Source: an uncultured archaeon
GTDB lineage: Archaea > Asgardarchaeota > Thorarchaeia > Thorarchaeales > Thorarchaeaceae
DNA length: 64,000 nucleotides
Direction of reading: 5' to 3'
Assembly (NCBI GenBank): GCA_964473825.1
Contig: CAYYQL010000003.1
Location: 10,627-74,626, forward strand
The position numbers were made by a program, and so were the translations under genes. How positions within the stretch are numbered: the stretch's first letter is position 1; each line of letters starts with the position of its first letter. Below are positions 9,613-18,579 of this stretch, piece by piece. Below the pieces are notes generated by a model. The model searched no databases, was not told the DNA's origin, and saw only the letters and a program-made list of their open reading frames with translations.

Positions 9613-10512
9613 TCATCTCGTATACGGCAATCCTCTGCAAATGTCACCCTCAACGAAGCCCGGTATTTCGACGTTTTGTCCTTGGATTGCGATCTCCGCT
9701 ACAGCATCTTGGACAAGGTCTGAATAGTCGTTATCGGGGGGTCTGCCATAGCCCAGGGGTACTGTCACCGCCGTTACAGATCCCTTCTGGATTCTGTTTC
9801 TGATGTGGCTGTGGCCCGATATGGAGAGTATCACGCGCTCATCATTCAGTAGTATCTCTCCAGTCTTAATCGAACCCATATAGGCTGAGAAGAAATCCCA
9901 AGGCATCTTATTCTTGTAGACTGTCAGTTCCTTGAAGGGCAGGTGGTGAGAAACATAGACAACTCTTGTGACCTCCTCAGGCAAGATACTGAGGTCGTAT
10001 TCCAACTTCCGGTTGAAGAGGTCTGTAGCCTCTTTGTCTGAGAATTCCCAGTCTATATTGAACATGTCGTACCAGAAAGCGCCTCGATACTCCTTCTTTT
10101 CATACTGCTCTTCTGAGATATCCAAATCGGTGCGTCTGAAGGTATAGTCTGACCAGCCAATGCTCCCAACAAATGCAAGTGTTCCTTCGATATGTGATCT
10201 GTCAGGAAGGTGTATGAATCCGTTGTCTCTACAGATATTTCCCACCAGATACGAGTATTTCCTTAGCGAGCTCAGCCCCGCCTCACTCTCAAACCAGATG
10301 TCATGATTACCTGCGACATATAGACAAGGTATTTCTTCGATATGCAATTCGGCAAGAGTCTCTGATAGTACCGCACTATGGTCACTTATGTCCCCAGCAA
10401 TTATGAAGATATCAGGTGCAATCTCCTCTACACGACATCTAATCTCCCGAATCAGGGGTGCATCACTCCCGTCAGGACGTACGTGTATGTCAGAGATTGC
10501 TGCTATTCTCAT
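9613..10512 (-). CDS. Calcineurin-like metallophosphoesterase
   Basis: SDIH, AGD, GNHD, HH and GHSH motifs. Confidence 0.9.
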   Translation of the reverse strand: MRIAAISDIHVRPDGSDAPLIREIRCRVEEIAPDIFIIAGDISDHSAVLSETLAELHIEEIPCLYVAGNHDIWFESEAGLSSLRKYSYLVGNICRDNGFIHLPDRSHIEGTLAFVGSIGWSDYTFRRTDLDISEEQYEKKEYRGAFWYDMFNIDWEFSDKEATDLFNRKLEYDLSILPEEVTRVVYVSHHLPFKELTVYKNKMPWDFFSAYMGSIKTGEILLNDERVILSISGHSHIRNRIQKGSVTAVTVPLGYGRPPDNDYSDLVQDAVAEIAIQGQNVEIPGFVEGDICRGLPYTR

Positions 10513-10633
10513 CTTGCTTCGACATCCTCCATTGCGTATCGCCCACTATACACCGACTTACCTAAGACTTGATAACATAATCCATGTCACTGTTCTCAAG
10601 ACCTTTTGGGTGAAGACTTTGGGCACGAACCGA

Positions 10634-12271
10634 ATGAAGGCTGAACAGGCGAAGCATGTCGATCTCTCTGGCACAAAGACGATTACGAGTCAGGCTGATA
10701 TCAAAGATACCTATGCACTGTACTTGGACGACGAGTCTCACTCTTTCGATGGCACGGCTGACCAGCTTGTCTTTCCTTCCACCGAAGCTGAGATATCAAC
10801 AATACTTCATAATGCAACTAGGAGGACAACGCAAGTCACAATACAGGGAGGACGAACAGGGCTTACAGGAGGAGCTGTCCCGGTGGGGGGAATTGCTCTG
10901 AACCTTGAGAAGCTCGATCAAATGCTGTACATTAACTACTATCCGGATGAGAACATGTACACGGTCGCCGCAGAAACCGGAGTTCTTCTGGAGGACTTGG
11001 TTGACGTCATTCAGAAGAAGAACCTGGATATGCTTAAGGACAAAGGGACATCTGAGCAGGAGTCAGCTCTTGAGCGCTTCCTATCAGAGCAGTCCAGGTA
11101 CACCTTTCCTGTTGACCCAACGGAAACCAGCGCTTGGCTTGGAGGAGTTGTGGCCTGCAATGCCTCTGGTGCCCGAACTTTTCGGTACGGTGCTACACGT
11201 GACTGGGTCAAGCGCATCCGTGTAGTGTTGGCTAACGGGGACATCCTAGACATTACTCGGGGAAAGGTACTGTCTGAGGAAGGCGTCTTCCAGATCGAGC
11301 TTTCAGACGGTGAGGTGATCCAAGTGCCTATTCCGACATATGAGATGCCGAACACGAAGAACGCAGCTGGTCTCTATGCAAAACCGGAGATGGATTTGAT
11401 TGATCTCTTCATAGGTTGCGAGGGTATTCTCGGTGTCATCACTATGGTCGAACTGGGGCTGATTCCTCTCCCTGAGAATCTCATGACCGTTATGGCATTC
11501 TTTCCCAGCGAAGAAGACGCCGTCGATTTCGTCTATGAAGTTAGAGCTCCGGACACTCCCGTTCCTATGGGGTTCCTCGAGTATTTCGGTCCGAACGCTC
11601 TCAACATGATCAGGGAAAAGGCATCCAGCGCCGGTCTGACCGTACCTGCAATGACTGATGAGACTCAAGCCATTGTGTTCTTTGAGTTCTCCTACACTGA
11701 AGAACAGATGGAGGAGAAGGTGTTAGGCCTTGAGGAGATCCTGAATAGACACAATTCATCATCTGAGTCGAGCTGGGCAGGTCTGGACTATACCGAACTC
11801 GAAAAGATGAAGACTGTTCGCCACTTTGTTCCAGAGACAATCAACGGATTGATTGCGCAGCGCAAGCAGGAGTATCCGGAGATACACAAAATAGGCACTG
11901 ACATGGCTGTTCCTGACCCAGCTCTCAGGGACTACCTGGAGTTCTGTAGAACCACACTTGAATCACAGAGTATGGAGTATGTGATTTTTGGACACATAGG
12001 TGACAATCATCTTCACATGAACATGATTCCTCGTAACTCTGAGGAGGTTCAACAGGGCATGGAAAACTATATGCTGTTTGCACAACGCGCGGTAGAACTC
12101 GGAGGCACTGTGGCAGCTGAGCATGGGATTGGGAAACTCAAACGCCAGTTTCTCAAGGTCCTTTATGGCGATGAGGGCATAATGGAGATTCAGAATGTGA
12201 AGAGGACACTGGACCCCTCTTGGTTGCTAAACCGGGAGAATATGGTGCCGGTGCCTCCCGAATTCGAATGA
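10634..12271 (+). CDS. FAD-linked oxidoreductase (GlcD/D-lactate dehydrogenase family)
   Basis: GGRTGLTGGA, GCEGILGVIT, GHIGDNHLH and AEHGIG motifs; start reassigned to ATG 10634. Confidence 0.9.
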   Translation: MKAEQAKHVDLSGTKTITSQADIKDTYALYLDDESHSFDGTADQLVFPSTEAEISTILHNATRRTTQVTIQGGRTGLTGGAVPVGGIALNLEKLDQMLYINYYPDENMYTVAAETGVLLEDLVDVIQKKNLDMLKDKGTSEQESALERFLSEQSRYTFPVDPTETSAWLGGVVACNASGARTFRYGATRDWVKRIRVVLANGDILDITRGKVLSEEGVFQIELSDGEVIQVPIPTYEMPNTKNAAGLYAKPEMDLIDLFIGCEGILGVITMVELGLIPLPENLMTVMAFFPSEEDAVDFVYEVRAPDTPVPMGFLEYFGPNALNMIREKASSAGLTVPAMTDETQAIVFFEFSYTEEQMEEKVLGLEEILNRHNSSSESSWAGLDYTELEKMKTVRHFVPETINGLIAQRKQEYPEIHKIGTDMAVPDPALRDYLEFCRTTLESQSMEYVIFGHIGDNHLHMNMIPRNSEEVQQGMENYMLFAQRAVELGGTVAAEHGIGKLKRQFLKVLYGDEGIMEIQNVKRTLDPSWLLNRENMVPVPPEFE

Positions 12272-12307
12272 TTCCCAGAAATGCCCACCACCCGCAACCG
12301 GACATCT

Positions 12308-12595
12308 TCAGGTGTTAGAGGTAGCAATCTCCTCAATCCGTCGTATTTTGGAGCAGAGCTCTGGTTCTTCTTCGCAGAGTCTATTCATATCTCTGATTCC
12401 GACCTGTGACCAGTAGGTTCTGATGGCATCATCCAAAGTCTTACCGTCGCGTGCATTGCATATCTTTATTGCTTCTTCCAACTCCTCAGCGGCAGTGCAG
12501 ACTGACTTCTTTTTCAGTCTGACTCTGGCCCAGAAGTCACATTTCTTGCCTCTGCAGGGGCCTTTGACCATGACACAGTATGACAAATAGACCAA
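12308..12595 (-). CDS. Small Cys-rich hypothetical protein
   Basis: 95-aa ORF with YCVMVKGPCRGKKCDFW cluster; fills an intergenic gap. Confidence 0.6.
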   Translation of the reverse strand: MVYLSYCVMVKGPCRGKKCDFWARVRLKKKSVCTAAEELEEAIKICNARDGKTLDDAIRTYWSQVGIRDMNRLCEEEPELCSKIRRIEEIATSNT

Positions 12596-12744
12596 ACTCT
12601 CTGCTTGAGTTGAGGTCCCCCGTCCGCAGTTTCTTAAGGATTGTCTTATGGCCCCTCAATTAAGATTCAGATGTTGATGTTAAGGCGCGTCATCTTTTTC
12701 TGTACATTAGTTCTCCGCATGTCAGACATGGAGGCAGCACCAAC

Positions 12745-14235
12745 TTGGACCTAAGAATTCGTGATTCCCTCACAACACAGGAGCGAGAAGACGCACTCGA
12801 CGATCTCCTGAAGCACGGCTTCTTCACGCAGATTCGTCTGACACTGACAGAGGGAGTTCTTCTAGTTTCTTTCGCTCTTCTGCTCGGAGCCTCAAACGTG
12901 GTCATTGGAATCCTTGCTGCTATCCCATCTCTTGCGCAGTTACTACAGATTCCTTCTGTCTTTCTCGTAGAGAAGTATCACGAGAGGAAGAAGCTCGACT
13001 TGATAACAACCTCCCTGAATCGCTTTGCGTTGTTGCTCATGGCACTGATTCCGTTCATTGCAGAATCGGCTGCTGGCCTCCTCCTTCTTATCATATCTGT
13101 ATTCCTCCAAGCCACATTTGTGGCCATTGGATCGCCAGCATGGAACTCGTGGTTAAGAGACTTGGTTCCACAGGACCGTCTTGGTTCGTACTTCTCAAAG
13201 CGACTCTCAATCTCTACAGCAGTGGGAGTTCCAGTTTCTCTTCTGGCTGGAGTATTTGTGGACTATTGGGCGCTACAGAACACATCGGCTCCCCTAGTTG
13301 GTTATTCGGTTCTCTTCTTGGTAGCCATCCTAAGCGGAGTCTTCGCTATATACTACATCTTCAAAATACCAGAGCCCAGACTGTACACTGCTGACTTCAA
13401 ACGCTCTTTTCGCGAGTCCATCACTCAACCATTTCAAGATGAAAACTTCGGAAACTTGATGCGTTTCTCCTTTGTCTGGACTCTCTCGACAGCACTTGCT
13501 GCTCCATTCTTCTCTGTTTATTTACTCTCCCAGTTGGGCTTGAGTGTCCCCTCTGCAATCTTCTTTACGGTCTTGACACAGACTGCTAGCATCGGGTTCT
13601 TCAGGCTCTGGGGCAGGCTCTCTGACAGATACAGTAACAAGTCGGTTCTCCAGGTCACCGTCCCCATGTACATGATTGGGGTTCTACTCTGGACCTTCAC
13701 AACACTCCCCGGATATCATGTATTCACAATCCCTCTTCTACTGGTTATCCATACCTTGACCGGAATATCTTCTGCAGGTGTAGTCCTCACATCCGGTAAC
13801 ATCGGACTCAAGTTGGCACCCCGTGGTGAGTCCACGTCGTACCTTGCGGCGAGGGGTATTGTGATTGCAATCGCAGGAGCCATCGCCCCATTTGTTGGAG
13901 GCATGCTTGCAGACTTCTTCTCACTACGCCAGCTGTCATTCACTGTGATTTGGACAGCGCCCGAGGGAGTCGTGCAATTTTTCACCTTTCACCTCGGTGG
14001 GTTAGATTTCGTCTTTGTGATCTCAGTCGTTGTTGGTGTGTACGCTCTCCATAGACTCGCCCTGGTGAAGGAGACTGGCGAGGTAGATGAGCGTATCGTG
14101 TTGGACGCAATACTTGAGGAGACCCGTCGTAGTGTCAAGACGTTGTCAACGGTAGACGGCCTCCGCCAGACATTCCAACTACCGATACGTCAGAGGAGGG
14201 AGGACCAGAAGAAACGCAAGGCCAGATTCGAATAG
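12745..14235 (+). CDS. MFS transporter
   Basis: About 12 TM helices; WGRLSDRYSNK MFS loop motif. Confidence 0.9.
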   Translation: MDLRIRDSLTTQEREDALDDLLKHGFFTQIRLTLTEGVLLVSFALLLGASNVVIGILAAIPSLAQLLQIPSVFLVEKYHERKKLDLITTSLNRFALLLMALIPFIAESAAGLLLLIISVFLQATFVAIGSPAWNSWLRDLVPQDRLGSYFSKRLSISTAVGVPVSLLAGVFVDYWALQNTSAPLVGYSVLFLVAILSGVFAIYYIFKIPEPRLYTADFKRSFRESITQPFQDENFGNLMRFSFVWTLSTALAAPFFSVYLLSQLGLSVPSAIFFTVLTQTASIGFFRLWGRLSDRYSNKSVLQVTVPMYMIGVLLWTFTTLPGYHVFTIPLLLVIHTLTGISSAGVVLTSGNIGLKLAPRGESTSYLAARGIVIAIAGAIAPFVGGMLADFFSLRQLSFTVIWTAPEGVVQFFTFHLGGLDFVFVISVVVGVYALHRLALVKETGEVDERIVLDAILEETRRSVKTLSTVDGLRQTFQLPIRQRREDQKKRKARFE

Positions 14236-14280
14236 AAAAAGAAGAGGGATGGGAACGCAATATGAATGAGCATTCCCATC
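14236..14280 (-). terminator. Hairpin plus U-tract after the subtilisin gene (convergent gene pair)
   Basis: Minus strand GATGGGAATGC...GCGTTCCCATC followed by CCTCTTCTTTTT. Confidence 0.6.
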
Positions 14281-14296
14281 GTGAGAGGCTATCGTT

Positions 14297-16405
14297 CTAT
14301 GGCACATTCAGGCTCTCAGAAGTCTGAACATTGTCATCTGGGACATAGGTGTAGCCACTCTTGACAAGATTAGTCACGGTCGATGTGTACGTACCTTTCT
14401 GACTGGAACTCGCCTCATAGACGAACGTGACACTTCCGTCCGCTCCTGTATTTGCACTGCCCGTTGCGATTCCGCCACCGGGTAGTTCCATCTCAAGGTA
14501 TACAGTCACGCCTTCCAAAGCATTTCCGCTTCCATCATGTACCGTTACCTTTGTGAAGACATCGTAGCCAATGACGAACCACCACCATCTCACTGTTTGA
14601 TACCACATGTCGATAGATGCAACATGCATCGAGTTCTCGCCATAAGTGGTTGCAGAGGCGGGGTCAGACTTCTGCCCCTCGTTGCCCGAGGTGTCCACAG
14701 CTGAGACTTCGTAGGTGTAGGTTGTTTCCGAGGACAGACCACTGTCTGTATAGTAGTTGTTGATCGTTTCCGCGATTTTGACACCATCACGGTATACGTT
14801 GTAGTGGCTGAGATCCTCCTCGGTATTTGCATTCCAGCTAAGGTCTATCTCCGTTTGCGAGATGGCATTGGCTGAGAGGCCAGTCACCTTATCGGGCGGG
14901 GTTGTATCGGGTGGTTCAGGGTCGGTTGTTGCTGAAGCCGAATCCGACTTCTCTCCCTCATTGCCTGAGGTATCCACAGCAGATACCTCGTATGTGTAAG
15001 TCGTTTCGGGTGAGAGACCTGTATCGCTGAAGTATGTATTGGTGGCTTCTTCGATTTTTGCTCCATCGCGATAGACGTTGTAGTGGCTGAGGTCTTCCTC
15101 GGTATTTGTATTCCAGCTTAGGTCTATCTGAGAATGGGAAGCTGCAGTAGCTGTTAGGCCAGTGACTTTTGCAGGTGGTGTGCTGTCCGGTGGCGTACCG
15201 TCACCTGCCTCATCAACAGCTGCCTTAGCGTTAACGAGGCCATAGCCATAGTACTGATCCCATCCTTGCTGTCCAAGGTCAACTGAGGTTGTATGCAAGA
15301 TGTTCCTTACCTCGGGTGCAGTCAAGTCTGGGTTTGCTTCACGAATGAGGGCTACAGTACCAGCCACCATCGGGCAGGCCATTGATGTACCGCTCATGGT
15401 ATCGTAGTTCTTGCTATATCCGCCATACCACCAGCTGTTCATTGTGACAGTGTATGTGGGCATAGTTGAGTATATGTCAACACCTGGCGCCACAACTTCC
15501 TGTTCGGGTCCGTAGTTACTGAAGCTAGCTAGCTGATGATTCTTGTCGATGGCTCCCACAGCAATGGCATTCTCGTATTTTGCAGGATAGGAAATAGTCC
15601 CCTTTCCGTCATTCCCCGAGGCTGCAACAACAACTATGTTGGCATCATATGCACGATTGATGGCAGCGTTGAAGGCACTGTCGTAGCTACCTCCGCCGAG
15701 GCTCATCGAGACGACGTGCATGTTATTATCCACCGACCAATCAATACCGGCAATTATGTCGCTGGTATAGCCCGAACCCTGATCGTCCAAAACTCGTACA
15801 GCGTAAATGGACGCCATTGGGGCAACACCTATGACTCCCTGATCATTATCTTCTGCCGCAACAATTCCTGCACAGTGGGTTCCGTGCCCGTGACCATCTC
15901 TTGGATCGTTGTCATTGTCTACAAAGTCGTAACCACCTGCGTAGACACCGTCCAAGTCTGGATGACCGTAGTCAATGCCCGTATCCAGTATCGCTACCTT
16001 GACACCACTCCCGGCAATATTGCCCGGAATGACATTTGTGGCACCTTCGGCTCCACCCCAGACTTGTTCCGCGTCCACATCATCAACACCCCAGTCAAGT
16101 GTGTCCTGAAACAGACTCATCTCCTCGTCGAGAGCAATGGCATCGACAAACCACATCGACTCAAGCGATTTATAGAGCCAGAGCGGCATCCTTGCTGCTA
16201 TCCCGTTTAGAGCACCGTATCGATGAACGATATCTGCATCGCGCAGATTCACATCGACACCAGGCTTGAACAGGATGACTGCATCGACTATCTTCTGTTC
16301 ACCAATAGTACCGGCCAGTGCGACACTTGCACTTGAAAAAAGAAGCAGTGGTACTAGAATGGCTGAGAAGAGCATAATTCTCTTTTGACTTCTCATCACA
16401 ATCAC
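14297..16405 (-). CDS. Secreted S8 subtilisin-like protease with propeptide, two FN3 domains and a C-terminal beta domain
   Basis: ILDTG, HGTH and GTSMA catalytic triad motifs; signal peptide; two YTYEVSAVDTSGNEG FN3 repeats. Confidence 0.95.
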   Translation of the reverse strand: MIVMRSQKRIMLFSAILVPLLLFSSASVALAGTIGEQKIVDAVILFKPGVDVNLRDADIVHRYGALNGIAARMPLWLYKSLESMWFVDAIALDEEMSLFQDTLDWGVDDVDAEQVWGGAEGATNVIPGNIAGSGVKVAILDTGIDYGHPDLDGVYAGGYDFVDNDNDPRDGHGHGTHCAGIVAAEDNDQGVIGVAPMASIYAVRVLDDQGSGYTSDIIAGIDWSVDNNMHVVSMSLGGGSYDSAFNAAINRAYDANIVVVAASGNDGKGTISYPAKYENAIAVGAIDKNHQLASFSNYGPEQEVVAPGVDIYSTMPTYTVTMNSWWYGGYSKNYDTMSGTSMACPMVAGTVALIREANPDLTAPEVRNILHTTSVDLGQQGWDQYYGYGLVNAKAAVDEAGDGTPPDSTPPAKVTGLTATAASHSQIDLSWNTNTEEDLSHYNVYRDGAKIEEATNTYFSDTGLSPETTYTYEVSAVDTSGNEGEKSDSASATTDPEPPDTTPPDKVTGLSANAISQTEIDLSWNANTEEDLSHYNVYRDGVKIAETINNYYTDSGLSSETTYTYEVSAVDTSGNEGQKSDPASATTYGENSMHVASIDMWYQTVRWWWFVIGYDVFTKVTVHDGSGNALEGVTVYLEMELPGGGIATGSANTGADGSVTFVYEASSSQKGTYTSTVTNLVKSGYTYVPDDNVQTSESLNVP
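14650..15190 (-). repeat. Intragenic tandem duplication encoding two FN3 domains (279-bp period)
   Basis: Near-identical blocks starting gtagtggctgag at 14801 and 15080; end coordinates approximate. Confidence 0.8.
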
Positions 16406-16574
16406 CGCTAGTCCCTCTCTCTCCAGAAGGGACTCTGTAGGGTAGAACTAATCCCCTGATAGCTATGCACGTACAACAAGCAGATATATAAATGATTCTG
16501 GAAAAACAGTACGCACGACTTCCCAAAACCGATAAATGCCTTCTTTGCTACCATGCAGAGGAGAGATATAGGCC

Positions 16575-17078
16575 ATGAGAACCATTAGCTGCAATATCCG
16601 GTGGAATCCGAGAAGAACAGCTGCAGTCATGGCAGTACTCTTCTCCGTGTTTCTGGTGATGGCGACCACTCCCGTTGCTCACGCTGCGTCGTCCGACTCT
16701 ACAGACTACACAGCAGAGATCAAGGTGACAATTGAAGACGCATGCTATCTGGACCTAGATCAGGATCTCATAGAGAACGATGTCCTTGTTATCGTGCGGT
16801 TCGACCTTGCTGACTTCCCGTACTATGAGTTTGCCTATGTAATTACTCTTCAACTACCGTCAGGCATCCAGTATTCATATCTGGTCTACGTATTTGCATG
16901 GGTTCACACTGTCCGTCTCCACAACGTGTTCTTTGATCATGCAACGGAGAGCGGCGATTATACGGTCTTCGTGGACGCTTTGATGGTCTACCCTGCTATT
17001 GCCGAGGACTCGGGGGAGTATGTGTTTGACCCACCTGGAGGAAGTGAAGGCGGAAAACCGGCCTTTGGAGTCTATTGA
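16575..17078 (+). CDS. Secreted hypothetical protein
   Basis: Signal peptide ending AHA; acidic beta-rich mature domain. Confidence 0.7.
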   Translation: MRTISCNIRWNPRRTAAVMAVLFSVFLVMATTPVAHAASSDSTDYTAEIKVTIEDACYLDLDQDLIENDVLVIVRFDLADFPYYEFAYVITLQLPSGIQYSYLVYVFAWVHTVRLHNVFFDHATESGDYTVFVDALMVYPAIAEDSGEYVFDPPGGSEGGKPAFGVY

Positions 17079-17081
17079 TAT

Positions 17082-17116
17082 GAGAACCGGCGGTGCGAGT
17101 GCGTTGACCGGTTCTC
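17082..17116 (+). terminator. Stem-loop after the 16575..17078 gene
   Basis: 9-bp inverted repeat GAGAACCGG/CCGGTTCTC with G-U-extended inner stem. Confidence 0.5.
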
Positions 17117-17156
17117 TTGATTATATGACGCTTGTTTCAAGAAGGCGTGACTGAAT

Positions 17157-18356
17157 ATGGTGGCTTGGAGTAGTTATGGTCTAGACCTCAAGGACTATCT
17201 CATTTTTCTTAGCCACGAGAGAGACCCATCTCTAAGCAACAGCGCGATTAGCAAGGAGGTGAGTGAGAGAGTACCCATCTCCTCGGAGTCTGTCAGGATC
17301 CGAATCCAGAGGATGAAAGACTCGGGTTTCTTGCGTCCAGATCGTACAATCGAGGATCCTGTTTTGGGCAAGAGGACTCAGACAGAAGTGGAAGGCGTCT
17401 ACAGACCTCACCAATTGGGTCTTCTGCGTCAGCATGTACTCTTCGTGGGTGTTCTTGGGCGTTCATCGCTCGACAATCTCAAGACTCTCTGTGACGTCCA
17501 TCCCTACACGCATTTCCGTACAATAGGCTACAGCAGTGGAGCCACGCTCTATGCCCAGTTCGACATACCCCCAGCTGCTACCGAGCTGATGGCCAAGATG
17601 TATGCGGAGCTCAAGGAACGTAATCTGTTCCGTGGATTCCAACTCTACGAAACACAATCATTGGCAGAGCACGAAGCGGACTTTGACAAATGGAGTCTTG
17701 TTGAGAACAAATGGGCTGTAGAATATGGTACAAAGTCAGGAAGAGGCAGCCACCTGAGTCGCATTGAGAGCCTTTGGAGGAGATTTCACGACACATATGA
17801 TGGTCGCCCTCTTGAACCGTCCCAGCCTGAGATGGCATTCGGTTTCGATGAAATAGACCTAGCTCTCTTGAGAGAACTCACTATCAACGGAAAACCGGAT
17901 ATCAAGCCGCTGGGTCCAGTCTACAATCGAGATCCAACTACAATCTCAAGGAGGCTCAAGCGACTTAGAGAGAGTGTGGCACCAGATGTCATGCTCTACT
18001 ATGACAGGTCAGTCTTCGATCTGACCTATCCTCAACTCATGACCGGGCAGTTCAAAGAGGATGACGACCTCGATTCCGACAGCCTGTATTGGTTCGTACA
18101 ATCTGGAGGTATACCGTTTGAGTCTAAGGCTAGCATAGAGGAGAAACGCTTTGTTCTTTTCATCACGGCTCCTCCCTCAGTGGCCCCTGAAGTATCGGAG
18201 TTCATATGGGAACACACTCACAATCTAGATGTGTTTCAGCTGCAGCTTGATTCATCATTCACCTACTTCTTCTATCACAAGAACTATCTCGGTGATGGTG
18301 AGTGGAGAGCAGACGAAGAATACGTGCTCGATGAGCCCCTTGGAGAGGTATTCTGA
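17157..18356 (+). CDS. Tandem wHTH Lrp/AsnC-like transcriptional regulator
   Basis: Two HTH units: ISSESVRIRIQRM and DEIDLALLREL...PTTISRRLKRL. Confidence 0.75.
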   Translation: MVAWSSYGLDLKDYLIFLSHERDPSLSNSAISKEVSERVPISSESVRIRIQRMKDSGFLRPDRTIEDPVLGKRTQTEVEGVYRPHQLGLLRQHVLFVGVLGRSSLDNLKTLCDVHPYTHFRTIGYSSGATLYAQFDIPPAATELMAKMYAELKERNLFRGFQLYETQSLAEHEADFDKWSLVENKWAVEYGTKSGRGSHLSRIESLWRRFHDTYDGRPLEPSQPEMAFGFDEIDLALLRELTINGKPDIKPLGPVYNRDPTTISRRLKRLRESVAPDVMLYYDRSVFDLTYPQLMTGQFKEDDDLDSDSLYWFVQSGGIPFESKASIEEKRFVLFITAPPSVAPEVSEFIWEHTHNLDVFQLQLDSSFTYFFYHKNYLGDGEWRADEEYVLDEPLGEVF

Positions 18357-18542
18357 CCAGTTTCCATATGGCGTTTTTCGTTCAACTCTCCCGTGAAAAC
18401 GCTTTAGTAGAGGTTCTATCATACAATAAGGCGGTGGGTTGCTTGCAGGGAATCACGGTAAGTATACCACACCCAATGTATTGATGCCTTGCTGGCTCCC
18501 ACCTCTTGCTCATGGGCTGGCAGTGACGACCCCCGATAGTTG

Positions 18543-18571
18543 AAAGAGAGGGAGCATCATTCCCTCTCTTT
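18543..18571. terminator. 11-bp perfect hairpin just downstream of ahcY, probably bidirectional
   Basis: AAAGAGAGGGA-GCATCAT-TCCCTCTCTTT. Confidence 0.7.
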
Positions 18572-18579
18572 AGTTTCTT

